Positions 37,100 through 45,122 of a stretch of 63,164 bases of DNA are shown here, in pieces. The stretch comes from a virus. The stretch is from the IMG/VR virus record IMGVR_UViG_3300022166_000001. The stretch is one strand, 5' to 3'. A program made the position numbers and the translations under genes. Below the pieces are notes generated by a model. The model was not told where the DNA came from, did not search any database, and was given only the letters and a program-made list of their open reading frames with translations. Positions within the stretch are counted from its first letter, which is position 1. Each line of letters opens with the position of its first letter.

Positions 37100-37344
37100 T
37101 TGAAAGCCTCCTCTGCTGTTGCGAATAGGAATTTTTCAGCTACTATTTTCTGGACAGTACCTCTTACATAGTACCTGATAGACGTCTCAATAGTAGGGTT
37201 CTCATAGGTACCGCTTTGATGGATGATCGGTTGGATACTAATGATCTCTAACTTGTGTACTGCTTCTTTGTCATCATTGTAGTAGTACACGAATGCCCCG
37301 ATGGGATACTTAGGGGTGAATGTGTATGATACTGGTTCTCTCAT
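37096..37344 (-). CDS. Hypothetical protein, 82 aa
   Basis: ATGA-type overlap with the ligase gene. Confidence 0.55.
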   Translation of the reverse strand: MREPVSYTFTPKYPIGAFVYYYNDDKEAVHKLEIISIQPIIHQSGTYENPTIETSIRYYVRGTVQKIVAEKFLFATAEEAFK

Positions 37345-37345
37345 A

Positions 37346-37951
37346 TTACTTTCCTGTTAGGTTGTGTGACATATTATAGTATAGATGACTCTTCTTAGCT
37401 TGGAGTGTGATCAAAAGTTGAGTCTCTAATTCCAACATCTCCTGATCAGTACCATAGGCTAAGATTGTACGGATGAATCTTGAGGGGCATTCATTGTACT
37501 CTGCGATAAGGCTTTCACTGCTGCAGACATATCCATCATCAGCTGTTCCCTTGTGCTTTCCGATATACTTTCTATCGGTGTCCTTGCAAATCCACAAGTA
37601 CACAAATGACTCACCGCTATTGCTGTAGGCGTTAGTCTCGGCAGGGACTTCGACATTGTATTCTCCCTTGATATGGTCTTGCCATATTTCTTTCACATAA
37701 GCAACCATAGGTTTACCCTTAGGTGCTCGCCACATTACTACGAATGAAGGACTACCTTCGTTTTCACAGAGATGTTCATAGACCCATTTGTTATGGAGTC
37801 CTGTATACTCAGTGTCACCGATAGTAACCTTCACCATAGACTTACCTGAGTCAGAGGTATACTCTTCAACTTCATCTACGGTACATTCGTAGATATCAAA
37901 GAGTTTATCACTACCTGCGACCCATCGTTTGACAGTCTTGATTAAGTTCAT
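37346..37951 (-). CDS. Protein with a C-terminal GIY-YIG-like nuclease domain
   Basis: FVYLWICKDTDRKYIGKHKG...DGYVCSSE...LELETQLL...YYNMSHN. Confidence 0.5.
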   Translation of the reverse strand: MNLIKTVKRWVAGSDKLFDIYECTVDEVEEYTSDSGKSMVKVTIGDTEYTGLHNKWVYEHLCENEGSPSFVVMWRAPKGKPMVAYVKEIWQDHIKGEYNVEVPAETNAYSNSGESFVYLWICKDTDRKYIGKHKGTADDGYVCSSESLIAEYNECPSRFIRTILAYGTDQEMLELETQLLITLQAKKSHLYYNMSHNLTGK

Positions 37952-38075
37952 TGTGCTAACATATATAAGCCCACGTTACCGAGAGCATATCCGAAGTAAG
38001 TTATTGACATACCTATGTTGCCTTTCATATACTGTTCTATAGCAATATAGAGGTATACGAAACCAACACAGGCGA

Positions 38076-38303
38076 TTAAGATAGGAGATTCAACTTGCAT
38101 ACATGCTCTTTGTATTCCTGTTTAGTTAACCAGATGGATTTACATCTAGGGCATTCATAAGCATGACCTATGACGACTTTACCATTGACTTTTGATTGTT
38201 GGGTCTTTACGATTCTAGGCTTTAGAATCATATGCTTGTGTCCTAAGTTGTTCAATGATTTCAGGTGAGATGTCGTTAGGGGAACCATACTCGTATTCAG
38301 CAA
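38076..38303 (-). CDS. Small zinc-finger protein (start uncertain: TTG 38303 or ATG 38231)
   Basis: YECPRCKSIWLTKQEYKEHVC is a C2H2-like motif. Confidence 0.45.
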   Translation of the reverse strand: MLNTSMVPLTTSHLKSLNNLGHKHMILKPRIVKTQQSKVNGKVVIGHAYECPRCKSIWLTKQEYKEHVCKLNLLS

Positions 38304-38351
38304 GCATAGTTCTACCTTCGTATACTCGTAGGATGTCTTTGAGTATAAGGA

Positions 38352-38903
38352 CTAGTCGCATTTTAATTTACAGTTGTCTAAGTGCCACCGTTTCATATTT
38401 AAAAGGTCTCCTTCTTTATTACAGTGTGGACATTTAATTTTTGATTTACGCATGTCAGTATTGACATTGTTATTTGTTGTTAATTTAACTCTAGAGATTC
38501 CTGTAGCAATGGAAGCTTCTCTTAGAGATTTGTATTCTATACCATTAACTGTAATTGGTTTAGCTGTTGCATATATAGTTGGATCTCTACCCTCTAGTAC
38601 GGCTTTTACTATACGTTTATAAGATAATCCTAGAGCCTTTTGAGCTGCAGCTATTGATTCGTATTCAATATTATTTACTGTAATTGATTTTGAAGTCACT
38701 AGTTTGCTAGCTAATATTCTAGCTTCTTGGTTAGATATACTACCTTCTAGACATTTCCATGCAATATAGTCTTGGGGTTTACCGTAAATTTCGTATAGTT
38801 TTTTATGAGCTAATGCGTGTTCTTCTACAGTTATGGGTGCTGTTAAATTCCATTCATCATTTGTACCACCCATGTGTTTTGGGATTATATGGTGACGGTG
38901 CAT
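38352..38903 (-). CDS. HNH homing endonuclease with repeated DNA-binding modules
   Basis: HRHHIIPKHMGGTNDEWNL...HALAHKK, plus two repeats: ITVNNIEYESIAAAQKALGLS and ITVNGIEYKSLREASIATGIS. Confidence 0.8.
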   Translation of the reverse strand: MHRHHIIPKHMGGTNDEWNLTAPITVEEHALAHKKLYEIYGKPQDYIAWKCLEGSISNQEARILASKLVTSKSITVNNIEYESIAAAQKALGLSYKRIVKAVLEGRDPTIYATAKPITVNGIEYKSLREASIATGISRVKLTTNNNVNTDMRKSKIKCPHCNKEGDLLNMKRWHLDNCKLKCD

Positions 38904-38920
38904 AATATTCCTTTCTTATT

Positions 38921-38940
38921 TTCCTATTAGGCACCGGCTA
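38921..38940 (-). promoter_or_regulatory. Phage promoter-like motif P5 (TAGCCGGTGCCTAATAGGAA on the minus strand)
   Basis: 18/20 match. Intergenic, 17 nt upstream of the HNH gene start. Confidence 0.55.
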
Positions 38941-38946
38941 AAAGGA

Positions 38947-39300
38947 TTATTTACTTGATACTTCAATTAGTTTGTCTAAGTACCATTTAGCTTTTGTTAG
39001 GTCTTGTACAAATGGGTCTTTGAGTTTTGATCTCATTAAGTATTTGTAGATTTGACCCATTAAGTGGGCTTCTACCCCATTAAAACGATCTAGCATAGGT
39101 ACCATTAGGTCCATGTATTGGTAGCCATATGCTACATTTTTGTAGTGGTCAGGATTGATTTGGTCTTTGATCATAGGCGGTTCCTGTGTAGTTAAGATTT
39201 GAAATGAGGTTTCATGTTCATCAATTTCACTGTTGTATGATTTTGCTCGTGCATTAGGCCACAGCTGTTTAAATGATTGTTGATCGTAGAAGTCAGTCAT
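38947..39300 (-). CDS. DUF3310-like phage protein
   Basis: INPDHYKN...GQIYKYLMRSKLKD...DLTKAKWYLDKLIE is a pattern typical of that family. Confidence 0.5.
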   Translation of the reverse strand: MTDFYDQQSFKQLWPNARAKSYNSEIDEHETSFQILTTQEPPMIKDQINPDHYKNVAYGYQYMDLMVPMLDRFNGVEAHLMGQIYKYLMRSKLKDPFVQDLTKAKWYLDKLIEVSSK

Positions 39301-39569
39301 TAGTACACATCTCCGTTTTCAATGATTTTAGAATCTTCATAAGGTGCAGCTACACGGCGGTAGAATTCGAGTTTAGCACCTTCGAGAGCACCTACGATAT
39401 CATTAATACTTTGATAACAGGGTTTGTTATTGAAGTAGTTTTTGATAATCATAGTAATAACATAGTTTAATTCACCTGCTTGGTCAGGGAATTCTGTATT
39501 GAGATCAACTACATTACCACGGTGTTGTGTGATTAGTTTACTTTTTGTTTCAGGGGGTAAGTAGGGCAT
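39300..39569 (-). CDS. Hypothetical protein, 89 aa
   Basis: 1-nt overlap with the next gene. Conserved-looking GELNY...GALEGAKLEFYRR...PYED. Confidence 0.55.
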   Translation of the reverse strand: MPYLPPETKSKLITQHRGNVVDLNTEFPDQAGELNYVITMIIKNYFNNKPCYQSINDIVGALEGAKLEFYRRVAAPYEDSKIIENGDVY

Positions 39570-39637
39570 TAATTTTCCTTAGTGAAATGATACTCGGTAC
39601 CAGATATAGTATACTGCAATGATTCCTACTAAACCAA

Positions 39638-40045
39638 TCATAGATACTCCGCAATGATAGTGTCGCATGCTTTATCGACAGTTGAACGCCATTCAGTGAC
39701 AAGGGATTCAAAGAATGGATGGATAATAGAAGCATCAGCTTTGAATGCTACTACGGGTTTGCGTAGAACATACGAAGCATAGAATACTTCCATAGCAGTA
39801 CCATGCTTGGCTACTGTTGGATTATCAAGGTTGACAAGGATGATATCAGATTCTTGAATGTCTCGTAGATCTAACTCGAAGATACGCTTCATGTAGCGTT
39901 GTTCGAAGTTATGTACTCGGCGGGTAGGGTCTAATGTTAGTACATCATTTTGGTTTAGTTGCCATGATGCAATGTCACGCCAACCTTTAGCGGCTTCAGC
40001 TGATACATGCTCCATTGGACCTGCGAGATACACGGTTCTTTTCAT
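39638..40045 (-). CDS. Nucleoside 2-deoxyribosyltransferase-like protein
   Basis: The VYLAGPME N-terminal motif and size (135 aa) are typical of the family. Confidence 0.6.
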   Translation of the reverse strand: MKRTVYLAGPMEHVSAEAAKGWRDIASWQLNQNDVLTLDPTRRVHNFEQRYMKRIFELDLRDIQESDIILVNLDNPTVAKHGTAMEVFYASYVLRKPVVAFKADASIIHPFFESLVTEWRSTVDKACDTIIAEYL

Positions 40046-40190
40046 TTAGTTTACTTTCAAGATTAGTTATGTATTCACGAGCATCATTACAGGGTACTTG
40101 GCTGTGCCAGAACAATAATGCAGCGTTTGTTAAGGTAATACTACCAATTTTACCTTTTAGTAAGTATTTTAAGTACTCACCTTTGCTCAT
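39996..40190 (-). CDS. Hypothetical protein, 64 aa
   Basis: Starts directly after the RNA ligase stop. Overlaps the next gene by 50 nt. Confidence 0.4.
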   Translation of the reverse strand: MSKGEYLKYLLKGKIGSITLTNAALLFWHSQVPCNDAREYITNLESKLNEKNRVSRRSNGACIS

Positions 40191-41084
40191 TTAGAATACC
40201 TCTAGTTTAAGTTCTTTAACTTTTTGAGTACACAGATTGTTTAATGTTCTGAAGTCAATCTTAGGATTTTTAAAGTCTTTAAGGATGTTCCACATTTCTT
40301 CAGTGATTAGATCATGGTACACAGTTGTCAACAAACGAGGGATGTACTTAGAAGACCAACCATCCATCTCATTTGTGATTTTAGCATGGACTTTATCAAC
40401 AAGGTGTTTATCAACGAACTTGCTAATGATTTTATCTTCAATGATTTCACCACCTACTAATGGAGCGCCCATCTCTTTGTGATGACTTTCTTTGAAAGCA
40501 TTAGTGATTAGCTTAGCCCATGTTTGACGACCATACTTATTTTCGTAAGCATAGTTCTTGATAACAATACCTTCGCCATTACCTTTACCGTCATCAATCA
40601 AGAAGAAGTTACGGCTGAGACATTCTTGGTATGTTTCATAGTTACCGTTCTTGATGATAGCGATAGGTGCAATGTAGTCTACAAGTGCAGCATCCAAGAT
40701 GTCTTTGTATTTATCATAGTGGATGTACTTTTCAGAACTACGATCATACACATCGAAGATATAGAATTTACGCCATGCATCATCACGATAGGTTTTAAGG
40801 CTATGTGGTACAAGCCATTCACCATAGAACACTAGATGAGGGTGTGCTTTAGTAAGCTCGATATGTGCTTGACTGATAGACATTGCATGGTAGAAACCTG
40901 CGTTGTCAGCTTCAAGTGTTAGGTGACGATTACGACTACCTGCTTGAATACAGTCATTTTGATACCAGATACTACCGTTAGTACCGTCAATTTTAGGAAA
41001 TACATATGATGTACCTACTTCGATACCGTCAGTTTCATCAGTGTGAAGCTTTTCAAGGTGTTGGTATTTGATGAATTCAGTCAT
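40191..41084 (-). CDS. RNA ligase (nucleotidyltransferase KxDG family)
   Basis: YVFPKIDGTNGSIW adenylation motif. The architecture is unlike the DNA ligase at 36218. Confidence 0.65.
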   Translation of the reverse strand: MTEFIKYQHLEKLHTDETDGIEVGTSYVFPKIDGTNGSIWYQNDCIQAGSRNRHLTLEADNAGFYHAMSISQAHIELTKAHPHLVFYGEWLVPHSLKTYRDDAWRKFYIFDVYDRSSEKYIHYDKYKDILDAALVDYIAPIAIIKNGNYETYQECLSRNFFLIDDGKGNGEGIVIKNYAYENKYGRQTWAKLITNAFKESHHKEMGAPLVGGEIIEDKIISKFVDKHLVDKVHAKITNEMDGWSSKYIPRLLTTVYHDLITEEMWNILKDFKNPKIDFRTLNNLCTQKVKELKLEVF

Positions 41085-41362
41085 TTAATTTCCTTATCAT
41101 TAATCCATGTAGGTGTTTGATGAAAGCCATAGTCTCTTGCCTTATTATGTACAATTTCCCAGAAATGATCAACGTCACAGATGATAACACGACAGGAGTA
41201 AGTAGTATTGAAATCGGCTACGTGCTCTTTTATTGTTGCTTCTGCGATATGTGATGCAATTTGGTTAATTAGTTTATGTTTAATTTCATTCTTTATATCG
41301 AATGAGCCTAGATTCCTTTGCACGTTTGATACTACACATTGTGCTGAGAAGGTTTCTTTCAT
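41081..41362 (-). CDS. Hypothetical protein, 93 aa
   Basis: ATGA overlaps on both sides. Confidence 0.55.
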   Translation of the reverse strand: MKETFSAQCVVSNVQRNLGSFDIKNEIKHKLINQIASHIAEATIKEHVADFNTTYSCRVIICDVDHFWEIVHNKARDYGFHQTPTWINDKEIK

Positions 41363-41670
41363 TTAAGAACCTTTGTTACTTTAAGGGAGTTTGCTGTGTA
41401 CCATACGCCACCTTGAGACTCTGGGCGTACATGCTTAGTGTAGTCTTTGATGATCACACGACACCATACACGACCTTTCTTTGATAGGTGTGGTGCTTTC
41501 ATTTCAGCACAACAATGCCAACCGGGACGATGTGCATAACCTTTAGTTGGATGATCTTCTGCTTGGTATTCTTTATTTAATTCAACTCGTTGGGTACGGT
41601 TGATAAATAGTGGACCAAGTGAACCATCTTTACGGAGTCGAAAGAGTTTATATGCGTGTTTAGCCATCAT
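41359..41670 (-). CDS. Hypothetical conserved phage protein, 103 aa
   Basis: KLFRLRKDGSLGPLFI...GYAHRPGWHCC pattern. Confidence 0.55.
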   Translation of the reverse strand: MMAKHAYKLFRLRKDGSLGPLFINRTQRVELNKEYQAEDHPTKGYAHRPGWHCCAEMKAPHLSKKGRVWCRVIIKDYTKHVRPESQGGVWYTANSLKVTKVLK

Positions 41671-41864
41671 ACTTCCTCTACTTCAGACCATGCTTCAAAA
41701 TGATACACATTATTGTCTTCACCTACACAGTGGCTATACATACCATCAATGTTTGTTAGTTTGTATTCAAAGTCAGGTGTCATTGGGACAAGTGCATCAG
41801 GTGGAACTTGTGGTTTTTCAGTTAGTTTGAAATGTGAACCTCGTTTTAACTCATACAGTTTCAT
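41667..41864 (-). CDS. Hypothetical protein (alternative TTG start at 41870)
   Basis: ATGA overlap downstream. Confidence 0.5.
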   Translation of the reverse strand: MKLYELKRGSHFKLTEKPQVPPDALVPMTPDFEYKLTNIDGMYSHCVGEDNNVYHFEAWSEVEEV

Positions 41865-42013
41865 CAACAACTCCGTTTAGTTTATCTGCATAGGTTTGTG
41901 CTTCTTTTTCGGTTAGGAATAGTGTAGCATCTTTGTACTCGATTTCTTTACCAGCAACACCGTAGTACATACGATCAAGACCTTGTCGGCGAAATACTAG
42001 GTAATGGTTTACT

Positions 42014-42274
42014 TCAGAAGTTTTCACTTTTAAATTCCTCTAAGAATTGTTGTACGATATAGTCTTTGATACCTTCATCAATCATTGGGGAGATATCACG
42101 GTTGTGGTGATCAGTGATCATGGACATTTTTTCAATGTAGCACTCTTCTGGGTAGTCAGGTTCGTTTTTTAAGCCATAACCATCAAGGGAGCCTTTCTCT
42201 TCAGGTGAATAGTAGATATCACACATGAATGTGATTTTAGTTTCTTCATCAAAGTATACAAAATCGTGGTTCAT
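42014..42274 (-). CDS. Hypothetical acidic protein (the longest ORF extends to 42349)
   Basis: ATG 42274 forms an ATGA overlap with the upstream micro-ORF. Confidence 0.5.
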   Translation of the reverse strand: MNHDFVYFDEETKITFMCDIYYSPEEKGSLDGYGLKNEPDYPEECYIEKMSMITDHHNRDISPMIDEGIKDYIVQQFLEEFKSENF

Positions 42275-42408
42275 GTTGATAATACCTGTAGAGTCATATT
42301 GATAGCTTGCACAATCATCATTTGTTCTTGTGGATGTAGTTGATCCCAAGGTCGGCTGTTAGGAAAATGTTCTTGCATTTTCTTGTAGTACTTTTCTACA
42401 TCACTCAT
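42271..42408 (-). CDS. Micro-ORF, 45 aa
   Basis: ATGA-coupled at both ends. Below the track cutoff. Confidence 0.35.
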   Translation of the reverse strand: MSDVEKYYKKMQEHFPNSRPWDQLHPQEQMMIVQAINMTLQVLST

Positions 42409-42536
42409 TTTAGTTTCCATTTCACAAAGCTAACAAGTTCGCATGCTAACCATACGACACCTCCGATAGCACAGCTCCACATGATAATACCGAGGGGCAG
42501 CACCAAGAAGTACAGTTCCATTTCTTTATCACTCAT
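42405..42536 (-). CDS. Micro-ORF, 43 aa, single TM
   Basis: ELYFLVLPLGIIMWSCAIGGVVWLA; ATGA-coupled. Confidence 0.35.
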   Translation of the reverse strand: MSDKEMELYFLVLPLGIIMWSCAIGGVVWLACELVSFVKWKLK

Positions 42537-42687
42537 CATCGTAACTCCACGACTCAGATACGTAGGGTTCGCTATCGATAGATGTTATATCGAAGCACTC
42601 TAGGGCTAGTTTTTCTGCTTCTTCACGAGAGTCAGCATCTATCATCATTCCTTGTGAAATTTCTATTGTTACAAACCATTCAGACAT
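42529..42687 (-). CDS. Micro-ORF, 52 aa, acidic
   Basis: ATGTCTGA overlap with the stop of 42680-43042. Confidence 0.4.
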   Translation of the reverse strand: MSEWFVTIEISQGMMIDADSREEAEKLALECFDITSIDSEPYVSESWSYDDE

Positions 42688-43042
42688 TCTTTAGTACCTC
42701 AATTAGTTCATTTGCAAAAGTGTTTTCGTCACGGTATGTTTTACCTAGATTACCCTCAGTGATACGGTGCATTAAGGCTTCTTTGGTAGTTTCTTCTGGA
42801 TCCCATTGACCTTCAAGACCGTAGCAAGAGCAGTGACCACCGTTTACTTCAAACAGTTTACCGTCTTTACGGAATAGTACGAAAGCATCACCTTCATAGC
42901 ATTCATAGGTGTATGCTGCTAGCAGGATTTCAATGTCATCAAGCTCACCGTTATATAGGTGCATACTTTGCCATGCAGGGTCATCAAAGAATTCTTTAAT
43001 GATATCTTCTTTAGATTCAAAATCGCCGATGAATACTGTCAT
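42680..43042 (-). CDS. Hypothetical protein, 120 aa
   Basis: Clean ORF; GGHCSCYGLEGQW motif. Confidence 0.55.
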   Translation of the reverse strand: MTVFIGDFESKEDIIKEFFDDPAWQSMHLYNGELDDIEILLAAYTYECYEGDAFVLFRKDGKLFEVNGGHCSCYGLEGQWDPEETTKEALMHRITEGNLGKTYRDENTFANELIEVLKNV

Positions 43043-43170
43043 TTAATCACCTTTAGAGCTTCTTTCATTAAGTCTTTGTCGTCATCATAGAGACATACAC
43101 CAGGGACATCTGCTAGCTTATCGATTATGAGTAGCAGCAGGGCAATAATTAGTTTGTCTTTAATGTTCAT
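43039..43170 (-). CDS. Micro-ORF, 43 aa
   Basis: TAATG overlap upstream and ATGA overlap downstream. Confidence 0.35.
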   Translation of the reverse strand: MNIKDKLIIALLLLIIDKLADVPGVCLYDDDKDLMKEALKVIK

Positions 43171-43454
43171 TAATTTCCCATCATTTCAACATAAGGTTTA
43201 TACAATGTGTTACGAGTTTCGAAGCTACCGTCATCAAACTTTTTAAGTACAGATGATGTACGCACTTTATCAGAACCCCATGCAGGGTGGTTAACAGTAC
43301 GAACATGAGCTACTTCATGACCTTCGAACATATCTGTATCAAAGATAGGTGTACCTACAAAGAATACAGTTGGTTTTTCATAGTCAGCTGGACGTTCATC
43401 AAGGTGTTTGCGGTATGCAACAGCTGTTTCGATTGATATAATATCGTGGATCAT
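43170..43454 (-). CDS. Hypothetical protein, 94 aa
   Basis: ATGA overlap with the upstream gene. Confidence 0.55.
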   Translation of the reverse strand: MIHDIISIETAVAYRKHLDERPADYEKPTVFFVGTPIFDTDMFEGHEVAHVRTVNHPAWGSDKVRTSSVLKKFDDGSFETRNTLYKPYVEMMGN

Positions 43455-43690
43455 TTGAGTTCCTTAAGAGCTTTACGGATGCGAGTAGCTTTGTTGCGGT
43501 CGTTACGTAGTTCTGTTTTCCAGAAGTTTAGTCGGCGAAAGTCTTCACTTGTTTCTTCAGCGAGTAGGATGTCACAACGGTCGTAGTTTTTAGCTACCAT
43601 TGCTTTACTGAAGCAGATGTTGTATTCTACGTTTTCTAGTTGTTCAATTAGGGCTTTACGGGCTAATACACGGGCTGAATGACTGATCAT
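43451..43690 (-). CDS. Hypothetical protein, 79 aa
   Basis: AAGGAA RBS. Confidence 0.55.
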   Translation of the reverse strand: MISHSARVLARKALIEQLENVEYNICFSKAMVAKNYDRCDILLAEETSEDFRRLNFWKTELRNDRNKATRIRKALKELK

Positions 43691-43707
43691 ATGGGTTCCT
43701 TTTGGAT

Positions 43708-43757
43708 GAAATAAAAAGCCCGTTCAACAGACTTGTGGGTCTGCCGAAGGGCTAGTT
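43708..43757. terminator. Imperfect long hairpin flanked by A- and T-runs, downstream of the SSB gene
   Basis: AGCCC-g-TTC-aa-CAGAC ttgtgg GTCTG-cc-GAA-GGGCT, with AAAAA on the left and TTTT on the right. Confidence 0.6.
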
Positions 43758-43778
43758 TTACAGTGGGTAGTTGTCAGC

Positions 43779-44312
43779 TCAGAAGTCTGAATCATCGTGA
43801 GTAGAAGGTGTAGAGCCACCATCTTCATCATCGAAGTCAACAAAGTTACCACTCTTTGGTTCGTATTTAACGAGGTCAGTTACTTGTACTGCAGTGAGCA
43901 TTACAGAGGTACCTTCTTTGGTTACAACACCTTTGGGTGTCTTGATTTGGTAGTCTTTTAAGAATACCATGACGTTACCTGTAGAGCCGTTACCGATAGA
44001 CTTAGGGTCTAATGGTTGTTTATTGGAGTCAACAATACGAACTGGTGCTGCTGGTGAACCATCTTTCTTTTCGGCTTTCTTCTTGAGGTTAATAGATACT
44101 TTACCTGTATCTTTACCGTCTTTATCTTTAACTGCTTTAACTTTACCGAATACTTCGAGTTCTGCAGCACGCTTCTTAGGCACAGCAAGGCTGATTTCCC
44201 ATTGGTCAGTACCGAAGGGGCTAACTGGTTTAGCTGGATCGAGCTTAGCCCAGTTGAGTTCAACGTTTTTGATGATTTCGTTGCGGCCTTCGTTGTTGTT
44301 TGCTTGTGTCAT
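43779..44312 (-). CDS. Single-stranded DNA-binding protein (T7 gp2.5-like organisation)
   Basis: 177 aa with an acidic C-terminal tail ending DFDDEDGGSTPSTHDDSDF. Lies in the replication module. Confidence 0.65.
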   Translation of the reverse strand: MTQANNNEGRNEIIKNVELNWAKLDPAKPVSPFGTDQWEISLAVPKKRAAELEVFGKVKAVKDKDGKDTGKVSINLKKKAEKKDGSPAAPVRIVDSNKQPLDPKSIGNGSTGNVMVFLKDYQIKTPKGVVTKEGTSVMLTAVQVTDLVKYEPKSGNFVDFDDEDGGSTPSTHDDSDF

Positions 44313-44357
44313 TTTGATTTCCTTTTGGAAGATAGTTTACGTTTAGATGAAATTTAC

Positions 44358-44377
44358 TAGATGGTACCTAATAGGTA
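44358..44377 (+). promoter_or_regulatory. Phage promoter-like motif P6 (TAGATGGTACCTAATAGGTA)
   Basis: 17/20 match. Plus-oriented, 58 nt upstream of the only plus-strand gene inside the minus arm. Confidence 0.5.
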
Positions 44378-44435
44378 ATGGTGTTGTTTTGGTTTGTGCC
44401 GAAGGCTCCTTACAAAGTTTTAAAGAAAGAATTTT

Positions 44436-44861
44436 ATGACAGAATCACAATCACAAACAGGTTACCCTGAGTATGAGCGTTCAACTAAAGGGCGTAGTGT
44501 TCACCCTAATTCGTTAGCTAACCTTAAACGACTTACACCTGAGACCGCAAGAGTTAATCAAGTTAAGTCAGTAGAAGCTAAGAAAGCTAACATTGCAGCT
44601 CGTGAAGCAATGAAACTTAATGCTAAGCACTTTCAAGAGGTCATGGATGAACTTCCTAAGTTATCCAGCTTAGACATTATGAGAATGGCTATTCACAAAG
44701 CTATTGCTGAGGATAATTACGAGGATGCTGCAAGGTATGCTGCTTTATTAGCAGAATATGAACAACCGAAGTTAGCCCGTATTGAACAGACTAACACTAA
44801 TCGTACTGCAGACCTTTCAGATGAAGAGTTGCAAGAGATTATTCGTAAAGAAGGTTTATAA
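44436..44861 (+). CDS. Hypothetical protein, 141 aa, reverse-oriented (weak resemblance to small-terminase/DNA-binding proteins)
   Basis: Basic N-terminus with HPNSLANLKRLTPE, a helical middle and an acidic LSDEELQEII tail. Has its own promoter motif and terminator. Confidence 0.55.
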   Translation: MTESQSQTGYPEYERSTKGRSVHPNSLANLKRLTPETARVNQVKSVEAKKANIAAREAMKLNAKHFQEVMDELPKLSSLDIMRMAIHKAIAEDNYEDAARYAALLAEYEQPKLARIEQTNTNRTADLSDEELQEIIRKEGL

Positions 44862-44869
44862 AAAAAAAT

Positions 44870-44898
44870 AAAGAGAGAATCGTAATGATTCTCTTTTT
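44870..44898. terminator. Bidirectional intrinsic terminator
   Basis: AAAGAGAGAATC-gtaat-GATTCTCTTTTT, flanked by an A-run and a T-run. Confidence 0.75.
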
Positions 44899-44917
44899 TA
44901 TTTCTACTTAGAGATGT

Positions 44918-44937
44918 TCCCTATTAGGTACCGACTA
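44918..44937 (-). promoter_or_regulatory. Phage promoter-like motif P7 (TAGTCGGTACCTAATAGGGA on the minus strand)
   Basis: 19/20 match. TAG is the stop codon of 44935-45120. It fires straight into the terminator 19 nt downstream. Confidence 0.55.
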
Positions 44938-45120
44938 AGCGATATGCCAAGTTACGGTTGCTGTTTTAGATGAACCAAGTTCATAAAACAACATATCTTC
45001 TGCGTCAACTTCATTATCATGGTAGTCACGATATTGTTTGTATGCTGCTTCAGGACAGTTACCGAAAGAGACGTCAGCGCTACGGCCCCATTCATCTTCT
45101 TGTTTCATGCACATCCACAT
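44935..45120 (-). CDS. Hypothetical protein, 61 aa
   Basis: ORF packed directly after 45123-45449. Confidence 0.5.
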   Translation of the reverse strand: MWMCMKQEDEWGRSADVSFGNCPEAAYKQYRDYHDNEVDAEDMLFYELGSSKTATVTWHIA

Positions 45121-45122
45121 AT

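Noticed and set aside
37200-37218. Partial hits to the 20-nt motif inside coding regions or in the wrong orientation: 37200-37218 (ATAGGTACCG), 39595-39612 (TCGGTACCAGATATAG) and 57186-57200 (AGTCGGTACCCAC)
   Set aside because: Each matches only 10-11 contiguous nt, mostly the GGTACC core, and lacks the TAATAGGAA half. Two of the three are intragenic.
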